DNA of 64,000 nt from an uncultured bacterium (lineage in GTDB: Bacteria > Krumholzibacteriota > Krumholzibacteriia > Krumholzibacteriales > Krumholzibacteriaceae): positions 192,001-256,000 of the forward strand of contig CAWBAN010000005.1 in NCBI GenBank assembly GCA_963786935.1, read 5' to 3'. Below are positions 38,685-47,037 of this stretch, piece by piece. The notes below the pieces were generated by a model, which worked only from the letters and a program-made list of their open reading frames with translations, was not told where the DNA came from and did no database searches. Every line of letters begins with the position of its first letter. The stretch's first letter is position 1. A program made the translations under genes and the position numbers.

Positions 38685-40220
38685 CTAGAGTCCCTTTTTT
38701 GTTATCTTGCCCGAAGAGGTCTTCGGAAGCGAATCACGGAATTCGACGATCTTCGGCACCATGAAATCCTCCAGGTGCTGCATGCAGTGCGCGATGATCT
38801 CCTTCGCCGTGAGCGCGGAGCCCTCGGCGAGCACGACAAACGCCTTGACCGCCTCTCCGAGCGTCTCGTCGGACACGCCGACGACCGCCGCTTCGACGAC
38901 ATCGGGAATCTCGTAAAGAATACTCTCGACCTCTCTCGGGCTCACTTTCTCGCCGCGGCTCTTGATGATATCATCTTTGCGCGAAACGAAGTACAGAAAT
39001 CCCTCCTCGTCCATCGTGAAGAGATCTCCGCTGTAGAGCACCTGCTCCCAGGGGAATCGCCCCGGGCGGAGCATCCGGGCGGTTTCCTCGGGGAGCTCCC
39101 AGTATCCCTTCATCACGTTTGCGCCGCGAATGACGAGCTCGCCGGCGATGCCGGGCTTCGTGATGACGCGGTCTTCCTCGTCGACGATATAAACCTGTTC
39201 GTTCGGCATTCCCTTGCCGACGGAGGTCGGCCGGCGCTCGAGTTCCTCGGGGGGGAGATACGAAACGCGCTTGCACTCGGTGAGACCGTACATCGAGTAG
39301 ATCCGTGCGTCCGGGAAGATCCGCTGGAGCCTCCGGATATGCGAAACAGGCAGCGCCGCCGCCGTATTCGATATGTAGCGGAGGTGCTCGAAGCGCTCCT
39401 TATCGAGCTCCTCTAGCTGGAGCAGGATTGACGATATCGTCGGAACGATCGGGAACCCCGTCACCTTTTCCTTTTTCAGAAGATTGATGACCGCGTAGGG
39501 ATAGAGAAACGATTTCTCGAGGACGACCGTTCCCCCGAACTGCGCGGCCATGAGAATTTGATAGAGGCCGTAATCGAACGAGAGCGGGAGCACGCTGAGA
39601 ATAATGTCGTTCGCCGTGTTCTCGAGGTAGGTTGTGATCGACGTCGACGCGGAGACCATGTTCTGGTGAGTGAGCACGACTCCCTTGGGGTTGCCGGTCG
39701 TGCCCGACGTATAGATAAGCGAGGCGATGTCGATGTCAATTGTCTGTCTCGCCGGCCGTTCGGCCGGATACCGCTCTTGGATCTCTTCCCATCGCATCAG
39801 GGCGCACGGCCCGGCGATCCTTTCTCCCCGGTCGCCCGCGATGACGACGACCTTGAGCGAGGGGGTCTTTTCCGCCGCCGCGCCCGCGACCGCCCACCGG
39901 GATGCGTGCGTGATGAGCGCTGTCGTGCGGCAATTGTTGAGAACGTAGGCGAGCTTGTCGGCCTTTATCGTCGGGTTGATGGTTACGAAGGCAGCGTCCG
40001 CCTTGAGGATTCCGAATATGGAAATAACCGCTTCCGGTGAGTTGTCGAGCAGCACGGCGACGCGGTCACCGTATGCCACATCGGCTTCGCGGAGCGCGTG
40101 GGCGAGAGCGTTCGCCGCCGAATCGATCTCGCGGTAGGTGAGACGGCGTTCCCCTACGATGAGCGCGGTCTTGTCCGGGGATGCGTTGCGCGACCGTTCT
40201 AGAAATTCCTGGATCAACAT
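38685..40220 (-). CDS. AMP-binding acyl-CoA/ACP ligase (similar to exosortase-system-associated ligases)
   Basis: IYTSGTTGNPKGV, LPLSFDYGLYQ, MYGLTECKR, SGDLF and LPKTSSGK. Confidence 0.9.
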   Translation of the reverse strand: MLIQEFLERSRNASPDKTALIVGERRLTYREIDSAANALAHALREADVAYGDRVAVLLDNSPEAVISIFGILKADAAFVTINPTIKADKLAYVLNNCRTTALITHASRWAVAGAAAEKTPSLKVVVIAGDRGERIAGPCALMRWEEIQERYPAERPARQTIDIDIASLIYTSGTTGNPKGVVLTHQNMVSASTSITTYLENTANDIILSVLPLSFDYGLYQILMAAQFGGTVVLEKSFLYPYAVINLLKKEKVTGFPIVPTISSILLQLEELDKERFEHLRYISNTAAALPVSHIRRLQRIFPDARIYSMYGLTECKRVSYLPPEELERRPTSVGKGMPNEQVYIVDEEDRVITKPGIAGELVIRGANVMKGYWELPEETARMLRPGRFPWEQVLYSGDLFTMDEEGFLYFVSRKDDIIKSRGEKVSPREVESILYEIPDVVEAAVVGVSDETLGEAVKAFVVLAEGSALTAKEIIAHCMQHLEDFMVPKIVEFRDSLPKTSSGKITKKGL

Positions 40221-40275
40221 AATGTCGCACGGTGGTTTGCGGCGTGATCGCAGCGTCCGCCGCCCGGGATTCGCA

Positions 40276-40524
40276 TCAGCTGCCGATCTTGGTCGTGATG
40301 TAGCTCGCCAGTTTCGATACCGAGTCGAAGTTGTCCGGAATGAGCTCTTCATCCTTGACGTTGATCTTGAACTCGTCCTCGATATAAGACACCAGTTCGA
40401 GAATACCCGTCGAGTCTATGATGCCGCTTTCGAGGAAGGAATCGTTGTCGTTGAGCGTCGCACCTCGTGCGCCCGCGAGAACGGTTTCGAGAATGAAGCT
40501 CCGGATATTCTCTTTCACCGCCAC
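40276..40524 (-). CDS. Acyl carrier protein
   Basis: 82 aa; SFLESGIIDSTGILELV; GGAGG RBS with GTG start. Confidence 0.9.
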   Translation of the reverse strand: MAVKENIRSFILETVLAGARGATLNDNDSFLESGIIDSTGILELVSYIEDEFKINVKDEELIPDNFDSVSKLASYITTKIGS

Positions 40525-40633
40525 GAGAGCCCTCCTTTAGAGTTGCCTCGGCGTGTCTGCGCCTTCGAATCTAGCAAAAACGCATGCGGCGATAAAGACA
40601 ATTCGCCGCGGGAATAAATCATGAGCGGAGGAT

Positions 40634-40649
40634 TGCAAATGACATGCCA
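40634..40649 (-). promoter_or_regulatory. sigma54 -24/-12 promoter for the ACP operon
   Basis: Minus strand reads TGGCATGTCATTTGCA (GG-N10-GC). Confidence 0.75.
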
Positions 40650-40666
40650 CGGTCTTCGGCCCGGGG

Positions 40667-41617
40667 TCAATTTATCAAAAGATGCATTGAAATGCGATGG
40701 AAATTGCCGAGGTCGCCGCCGGCCGTCCATGCGTAGTCGATCTGGAGCCGTTCGCGGATGCGGACGCCGCTTCCCATGGCAAAGCCGTTTCCTTGACGGT
40801 TCTCCTGGCCGCAATAGCCTGCCCTGAAAGCGAGAAGCTCGTGGAGCACGAGTTCACCGCCGATACTCAGATAGACGTCCTCGAAACGCGGCTTGACTAC
40901 ATCGAAGGCATAGGTGCATTCGTACATCTTCGGGATAATCGTGAACGAATGGCTCGCCCCGGCGCGGATTGTCGTCGGCAGGCATTCCTCGACGGATTCG
41001 AACTTCACGTTCGCACCCCAATTTTGCACGGCGCAGCCGATGGATATCCGCGGCGCATCGAACGAATAGAAGGCGCCGACATCGGCGGCGACGCCTCCCG
41101 CTTTCCATTCATCGAGCGTCTCGCTGAAATACTTGATGGTGACACCGGTGCCGAAGCGTTCGATCGGCGAGTAGGTGATGCCGGCGGCAGCCTGGTAGTT
41201 GCTGTTCTTGAGCAGCTTCGTTTCAGCGCCGTACTCGTCATATCCCTGGATGTCGGGCCGGTACTGGTACACGATGCTGCCCGCAGCAACGAACATCGTA
41301 CTCAGCCGGCGATGAAAAGTCGCGTTGTCGTAGCGGGTGTCGAGAATCCATTCGGCGTGCGATATGCCGACGCCGCTGCCGTTCATTGCCTGGAGCAACG
41401 CCGGATTCGAGAGCCAGGTGAAGGGATCGCTCGCGAGAGCCGCCGTCACCTCTCCCATGGCCGGCGATCGGGCGCCGAGCGGGAGCGTGAGATATGACGC
41501 GCCCGTGGTCCCCGGCCCTTTGATGGCGGAGGCGGGAACGGAGAGGATCGCCGAGAGCGCCAGGGCGTATCCGAGAGCCGCGATGGAGACGATGTATTTT
41601 GAGCTTCTCATAAGCAT
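40667..41617 (-). CDS. PorV/PorQ (UPF0164)-family outer-membrane beta-barrel protein
   Basis: Signal peptide; GASYLTLPLGARSPAMG, NPA, DVG and AFRAGY motifs. Confidence 0.8.
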   Translation of the reverse strand: MLMRSSKYIVSIAALGYALALSAILSVPASAIKGPGTTGASYLTLPLGARSPAMGEVTAALASDPFTWLSNPALLQAMNGSGVGISHAEWILDTRYDNATFHRRLSTMFVAAGSIVYQYRPDIQGYDEYGAETKLLKNSNYQAAAGITYSPIERFGTGVTIKYFSETLDEWKAGGVAADVGAFYSFDAPRISIGCAVQNWGANVKFESVEECLPTTIRAGASHSFTIIPKMYECTYAFDVVKPRFEDVYLSIGGELVLHELLAFRAGYCGQENRQGNGFAMGSGVRIRERLQIDYAWTAGGDLGNFHRISMHLLIN

Positions 41618-41625
41618 TCTTTCGT

Positions 41626-42531
41626 CTAGCGAACGATCATGATAGGTCTCTTCTCGACGACAGCGCCGCCGCTGTCCTTGATGATTGCATAATAGATGCC
41701 GCTCATCACCGAGTTCCCCCGCTCATTCATTCCGTTCCAGGTCTCGTCCGCGGCATCGATCGGAAGACGGTACACTTCGAGGCCGTCGCCACCCACGATC
41801 GCGACCGATCCGCCCAGCGGAAGATTCTTCAGGTTGAGAAGTCCGGATGCCGGACGAAACGGCACGGGGTAAATGCTCAGGTGCGGAGTGGCGAGGGGCG
41901 CCGGATCCTCGTCGTCGATAAAGAAGCTATCGACGGCCGAGATAAACATGTTGTTGTTGCCATCGTATGAAACGGCTCTCACGAAATATGTTTGCGGGGA
42001 GAGCAGCTGGTCGAGGCGTGTCGAGAGTTGGTTCGAGTAATGATCGTTGTCCCAGGCGCTCAGGGAATCGAGCGTTTGGTCGAGATCAAATTGAACGAAT
42101 CCGATCGTAGCGGCGGCGGTAGACCAGCCGATGTCGTACGATGAAGCGCCGATCTTCGTTTTCAGCGTGATTCGGCAGAGGCTGGCGAGAGACTCGGCCG
42201 CGTTCTGCGGGATCGTGATCCCCGAGACGCAATTCGAATAATTGCTCGTCTCCCCGGCCGCATCCATCGCTTTGATCCAGTAATAATAGGGAATCCCTTT
42301 CTGCAGGCCCGAATCGATATGGCTGAAGGTGTTGGCGTTCACCGTGTCGATCGGAATGGGGTTCGGATCGCCGCTGTTTATCGAGCGGAAAATGATGTAA
42401 CCGGCGATGCTCGGCTCGGGATTGGGAGCCCAATTGACGAGGTAGCTCGCCGTTCCCTGGGCGGCGAGCGGAAGAGCACTGGCTGCGAGGAGCAAGAAGA
42501 TCAATGATGTCGAAGCAATTCTGTTTGTCAT
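41626..42531 (-). CDS. Secreted FN3-domain protein with a T9SS-like C-terminal domain
   Basis: Signal peptide; WAPNPEPSIAGYIIFR...YYYWIKAMD (FN3); IYPVPF...WNGMNERGNSVMSGIYY (CTD). Confidence 0.8.
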   Translation of the reverse strand: MTNRIASTSLIFLLLAASALPLAAQGTASYLVNWAPNPEPSIAGYIIFRSINSGDPNPIPIDTVNANTFSHIDSGLQKGIPYYYWIKAMDAAGETSNYSNCVSGITIPQNAAESLASLCRITLKTKIGASSYDIGWSTAAATIGFVQFDLDQTLDSLSAWDNDHYSNQLSTRLDQLLSPQTYFVRAVSYDGNNNMFISAVDSFFIDDEDPAPLATPHLSIYPVPFRPASGLLNLKNLPLGGSVAIVGGDGLEVYRLPIDAADETWNGMNERGNSVMSGIYYAIIKDSGGAVVEKRPIMIVR

Positions 42532-43172
42532 GATCTCACTCCGTGATCTGCTGAATGACCGATGATGCACGACACTTCTTCGTTCGCATGCTTCATAATA
42601 GCGCGGATCAAATTGCATTTTGAAACGTTTTCGTTCCGCTCCTTTCTGCAATATCCGGTACAATACAACATCGTCTCGTTTCCCGTTGTTTCCGTCGGTT
42701 GCCCGTTCAATCGCGTCGATCCCCGCGGTCCCTTGTTCGAGGACGACGCATCATTTTGTACCTTTCATAGCTTTCCCGGCGAGATATGGCAAGTGCATTT
42801 TTTCGGCCAGGCTTGAGATCATGAAGGAGTTTCTCCCCGATGTGCTGAGCGTGAGCATACATGGCGTGATGGCGAAAGCCGAAGAGAGAGCGCGGGCGTT
42901 TCGAGTGAGATGCCGTGCTTCGACCTTCGGGAAAAAGAGATCCTCCGGCAGATCGATTTCGATCGAAGCCCCAAGCCCTCCGCCCGTCTTCCCGATCACC
43001 GGACCAGCCTCAGGGATGCCCGGCCGCTGCTCACCCTCAACCTCACCCAACTCCCTTTTCCCGATCCACCCCTGGAACTCTCGCCACTCCGACTCCCCAG
43101 GAGAAACAAGCTTCCTCGGATGCGGGTCACGATGTCCCTTCCCATCCCCAGGCGAAAAACCGTTCTTGACAC

Positions 43173-43201
43173 TTGAAATCATTCTCTGCCTATGCTAAAA
43201 T
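43173..43201 (+). promoter_or_regulatory. sigma70 promoter for the 43281 gene
   Basis: TTGAAA-17 bp-TAAAAT with an extended -10 TG; followed by the inverted repeat ACCCCC-AAATA-GGGGGT at 43209-43225. Confidence 0.65.
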
Positions 43202-43280
43202 TATGATTACCCCCAAATAGGGGGTTAAATTCGAAGGGAACAATCGGTAAATCAGCAGCTCAACGAAAGGGGACCTAGCA

Positions 43281-44105
43281 GTGAAAGCGAAAGTATTGCT
43301 AGCGGTTATCGGTATTATGCTTCTCGCGGGCTCGGCCTGGGCTTGCCAGATACTCACGTTCACCGGGAACGCCGACTGCAGCGGGTGGATGGCAAGCGGA
43401 ACGAACTCGGTGTGCGGAACCCGCGACACCCTTGCGTACGTCGTCACCCTGAACCAGGGTGGAAGCGTCGTCGCGACATTCTCCGGCGTCTTCGTGGTGT
43501 GGGCCACCGATCCCACCTTCAGCTTCAATGTCCCCTGGGGAATGGAGCTCTGCGGAGACTATGTCGCCAACGGGCATTTCTACTACGTTAACGAGAATAA
43601 CGGCTATGGTTTCAAGGACTTTGAAGTCGCGTTCACGTGCGAATGCGGGACGGGCGAGTGCCACTACACGCCCGGATACTGGAGGAATCATCCAGAGGCG
43701 TGGCCGGTTATGACGCTCACGCTCGGCGCCATTTCCTACAACCAGGCGCAGCTTCTCGCCATCCTGAGTCTGCCCGTCGTGGGCGACCCGACGGTCATTC
43801 TCGCGCATCACCTGATCGCGGCGAAGCTGAACGTCGCGAACGGCGCGGACGACTCGATCAACGACGAGATCGCCGTTGCGGACAACCTGCTCAGCATGTA
43901 CCCGGTGGGCAGCTATCCGCCGAAGTCGGCCAAGTCCTCGATCATCGCGGCGAAGGATGCGCTCTGCGCGTACAACGAGACGATTCTGCCTGGATGCGAC
44001 GGGTACATCGCGCCCATTTTCAATGCCGTCGCGCCGGCAAGCTCTCAGGCTCCGACCAACAGGGAAGACTCGACCTGGGGAGCGATCAAGTCCTTGTACC
44101 GGTAA
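43281..44105 (+). CDS. Secreted Cys-rich protein with C-terminal TWGAIKSLYR tag
   Basis: Signal peptide ending ...LAGSAWA; TPGYWRNH/LIAAKLN domain; ends EDSTWGAIKSLYR*. Confidence 0.85.
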   Translation: MKAKVLLAVIGIMLLAGSAWACQILTFTGNADCSGWMASGTNSVCGTRDTLAYVVTLNQGGSVVATFSGVFVVWATDPTFSFNVPWGMELCGDYVANGHFYYVNENNGYGFKDFEVAFTCECGTGECHYTPGYWRNHPEAWPVMTLTLGAISYNQAQLLAILSLPVVGDPTVILAHHLIAAKLNVANGADDSINDEIAVADNLLSMYPVGSYPPKSAKSSIIAAKDALCAYNETILPGCDGYIAPIFNAVAPASSQAPTNREDSTWGAIKSLYR

Positions 44106-44180
44106 GCCGGTTCGTACCGCAAGTTATGCGGATGCGGGCATGACAGGGCAGGGACAGAAATCCCGCATCGCCTATGAAAT

Positions 44181-44216
44181 GAGGGAGCGCCGACGATGGC
44201 GCTCCCTCGTTTTGTT
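44181..44216 (+). terminator. Rho-independent terminator
   Basis: GAGGGAGCGCC-gacgat-GGCGCTCCCTC followed by GTTTTGTT, between convergent genes. Confidence 0.8.
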
Positions 44217-45921
44217 ATGCACTGGAGCGCGTCGACCAACGAACCGTTCGATGAAGTGTTCTTCTCTGGAAGAAGCTCGCCTCGTGCCGGAATCCGAGCC
44301 TTTCGACCAACTGGGCAGTCGGCCGATCCTCCGCGGGCACGGCGATGAAAGCCTGCGTCGCGTCCTCCGACGTGAGCGCATCCTGCAGCATCTGGAGGAG
44401 CGCATCCTGGGGGAAGCCCGTTCTTCGATGCTCCGAATGCGCAGATAGGCCGTAAAGAGCCGCTCCGCCTTCGGGAACGTGCCATTCCTGGCCGACCTCA
44501 TCGAATTCCAGGGTCTTGAGGCGTTCCGCGAGCCATCCGGAACAAACCAAGACGTTATCCACGACGCGGGTGTACGCGTGATGGCCGGCCTCGAGGCGCA
44601 TCAGGGCGCCGCCCAGAAATTCGTGAATGGAAGGGGGGGCGTCGCCCGCGGCCTGGAACGCCATGAGGTCGTTCAAGGAATCCCGGCGCATCGTTCCCGG
44701 GTTCTCGAGATGCGGGAAATCGCCCGTCTCCGCCCTGTACAGTTTCATCTCCCGGGTTTCGAAGAGGGCGGATCGGATACCGACGAGGATTCTGGAAGGA
44801 ACGGCGTTTCGACGGATGCGTTCGAGTATTCCCTGTGTTCGCTCAGGCTGCAGCGACAAGCGCCGCAATACGTTCTTCGTGATGCCGGAAATCTGCCGTT
44901 CGGCTTTGTGGAGCAGGAAGTCGGCGCGGTTGAAGAAGATCGTCAGGGCATAGCACTCATCGTGGTGCGTCGCGAATCGATCCTTGTAAGTTCCTCCCGG
45001 CGTGAGGTCGAATTCGCGGAAGCCCTCCTCCGCAAGACGAATCCCGAGAAAAAGGAGATGCAGCTTGCCGGGTGAATGCTCGGCGAGGAATGGCGAATGA
45101 GCGATGATTCCCAACATCACCTGGTCTCTGTCTATGGCGCCGATGTGGGCCGAGATGATCTTTCCGTTCAGGCGCAGAACCGACACGTGCAAGAATTGCG
45201 GAATCTTGAAGAGCGCGACATGAAACGGTTTCTTGGAAGGATCGTCTCGGGACGGAAGCTTCCCGTAGATCGCGCCTTTTCGAAAATCGCTGAACGCGAA
45301 GATCTCGTCGAATTCCGCTTCCAGCTCCTCGATGCGCTCGATGCGCTCGAGTCGCAGCGTGCCGAGCTTCTCCAGCCGGCTGAGGCGACTTTTGTTCGAC
45401 TTCTTTTTCAGGGACTCCTGAAGCTTGTTGCCGTCGCGCAGCGCCATGAGAGGCCGCGGAAAGACCTGTATTTCGCAGGATCCGTTCCACGCGCCGCCGG
45501 GACGAAAGCTCTCGAGCGGCGCGTCCGGACGAAGGAAGGCGAATTGCAGCCTCCCGCGCGGGAATACTTTCTGCAGGCTTTTGAGGGCAGCTTCTATGAA
45601 ATCCGCGCGGAGCTCCGGCAGCGCCAGCCATACCTGATATTCCGCCTGTTGTCTGCCGGCGACCACGAGCTTCCCGCTCTTCTTTTCCACCGCGAGGGGG
45701 ACGACTCCCACGAGGTTTCGTTGCCCGTCAAAGCCGGCCACGATGAGCGGTTCGCAGGAAGCGCCGTAGTGGCGGAACCAGACATCCAGGAACGGCAGGC
45801 TCTGGAAAACAGTGGACCAAGGACACCGCGTGTGGAGCTCGTGCATCTGTTCGCGAAAGCCGGCGCTCCTCATGAGCTCAAGCGCATGCTCTCCTCGATG
45901 CATCTCGACTTTCAACTGCAC
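44215..45921 (-). CDS. GNAT (CelD/BcsL, Acetyltransf_6-like) protein with a second C-terminal GNAT domain
   Basis: TVFQSLPF, GVVPLA, HSPGKLH and FDLTPGGTYKDRF; C-terminal HRRTG...VERLGF; GTG start after GGAG. Confidence 0.8.
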   Translation of the reverse strand: MQLKVEMHRGEHALELMRSAGFREQMHELHTRCPWSTVFQSLPFLDVWFRHYGASCEPLIVAGFDGQRNLVGVVPLAVEKKSGKLVVAGRQQAEYQVWLALPELRADFIEAALKSLQKVFPRGRLQFAFLRPDAPLESFRPGGAWNGSCEIQVFPRPLMALRDGNKLQESLKKKSNKSRLSRLEKLGTLRLERIERIEELEAEFDEIFAFSDFRKGAIYGKLPSRDDPSKKPFHVALFKIPQFLHVSVLRLNGKIISAHIGAIDRDQVMLGIIAHSPFLAEHSPGKLHLLFLGIRLAEEGFREFDLTPGGTYKDRFATHHDECYALTIFFNRADFLLHKAERQISGITKNVLRRLSLQPERTQGILERIRRNAVPSRILVGIRSALFETREMKLYRAETGDFPHLENPGTMRRDSLNDLMAFQAAGDAPPSIHEFLGGALMRLEAGHHAYTRVVDNVLVCSGWLAERLKTLEFDEVGQEWHVPEGGAALYGLSAHSEHRRTGFPQDALLQMLQDALTSEDATQAFIAVPAEDRPTAQLVERLGFRHEASFFQRRTLHRTVRWSTRSSA

Positions 45922-46010
45922 GGACAATTCTCCATTCCACGTAAGAGGAGATTCGATCCATGAGATCCGAGGAAATACAGGTGCATCCCGGCGCGGATTG
46001 TATCGGAATC

Positions 46011-46025
46011 GCAATCGATATGCCA
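46011..46025 (-). promoter_or_regulatory. sigma54 -24/-12 promoter for the GNAT gene
   Basis: Minus strand reads TGGCATATCGATTGC (GG-N10-GC). Confidence 0.65.
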
Positions 46026-46073
46026 GCAATGAGTGCAGACGGAAAAAACAAACCGGCATCGCCGAGAGCGCCG
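46015..46073. repeat. Intergenic direct repeat, copy 1
   Basis: 50/59 identical to 46908..46966 by manual alignment. Confidence 0.85.
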
Positions 46074-46089
46074 AGTCCGGGCAAGGGAT

Positions 46090-46779
46090 CTAATTCCTCT
46101 CGATTTTCAACGCCAGATATTCGACGCCGGCGCCCGATCGATTCTGATGATGCGACCAGACCAGCCGGTAATTGTTCTTCTCGATAAAGCTCCGGTAGAC
46201 GCCGATGATCTCATCAACGGGAATATTCATGGGGTCGTCGGCGGCATAGAAGCTCTTTCTCGCAGCCAAGTATTTTGTATCGAGCAAATCGGGAAAATGC
46301 CTGAGTGTTTTCGATGTGATGTGGGGGATGACTATCAGGACCAGCAACGACTCGTCGCTCGTCACCTTGAATATCAAATCGGGGAAAAGATCGAAGTGGT
46401 CGCAGTGAGCGCCGAGGTTGCCGATCGCGTTGTCGACGACGATGAGATCAAATGTGCTCTTGGATCTCCCGAGCTCCTCGTAGCTGTCGACGATCCTGAT
46501 CGAAGCGTCGGGTAGATTCTTCACCAAAGCAGAATGCCATTTTTCGTTTATTTCCCACACCTCGAGGCTTTTCACTTCACGCGCGTACGTCGTCGTATGG
46601 TCGAGGCCGTCTCTTCCGAAGATCTCCAGAGCTCGAAGCCCTCGAAGATCGACGCCTCTCCTCTTCAATTCGCCGAGAAGCCGCAGCATGGGCTTATACT
46701 TTCGCCCCCGAAGCGTATACCCCCTCCGGCGCGACCAGCCGCACATTCGGAACAAACGCTTTGTCGCGAACTCAGTCAT
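46090..46779 (-). CDS. SAM-methyltransferase-like (Rossmann) protein
   Basis: RALEIFGRDG, EVWEIN and FDLIVVDN motifs. Confidence 0.65.
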   Translation of the reverse strand: MTEFATKRLFRMCGWSRRRGYTLRGRKYKPMLRLLGELKRRGVDLRGLRALEIFGRDGLDHTTTYAREVKSLEVWEINEKWHSALVKNLPDASIRIVDSYEELGRSKSTFDLIVVDNAIGNLGAHCDHFDLFPDLIFKVTSDESLLVLIVIPHITSKTLRHFPDLLDTKYLAARKSFYAADDPMNIPVDEIIGVYRSFIEKNNYRLVWSHHQNRSGAGVEYLALKIERN

Positions 46780-46907
46780 TTCATTCTCCGCGTTGAAAGG
46801 CCATGGCATCAATGCTCTCCAGCAAATGACGTTCCATGCCGGCGGGCAAATCTACCGTATTCCACTGCTCGAGGCAATAAATTATAATTATTACCGCTCA
46901 GAATCAT

Positions 46908-46966
46908 TCGAAATGCAAGCAATGAATGATGACGGAAGAAACAAACGGGCATGGCCGAGAACGCCG
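46908..46966. repeat. Intergenic direct repeat, copy 2
   Basis: 50/59 identical to 46015..46073 by manual alignment. Confidence 0.85.
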
Positions 46967-46994
46967 GGATACAAGGTATCGGGAATAGCTTGAC

Positions 46995-47010
46995 CGGCAT
47001 GACACTTGCA
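46995..47010 (+). promoter_or_regulatory. sigma54 -24/-12 promoter for the 47-62 kb operon
   Basis: CGGCATGACACTTGCA (GG-N10-GC), 27 bp before the ATG, which has a GGAGG RBS. Confidence 0.7.
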
Positions 47011-47037
47011 TCATATATTTGCCGGGGAGGTATTTGA

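Noticed and set aside
44128..44171. Second hairpin (GATGCGGG...CCCGCATC) as a possible ncRNA
   Set aside because: It is only an 8-bp stem next to a terminator, with no recognisable RNA family features.
46809..47000. Small ORFs sharing MPVCFFRxHSLLA (also the extension of 44215..46059)
   Set aside because: This is the translation of the non-coding 59-bp repeat; there is no RBS and the better starts are downstream.
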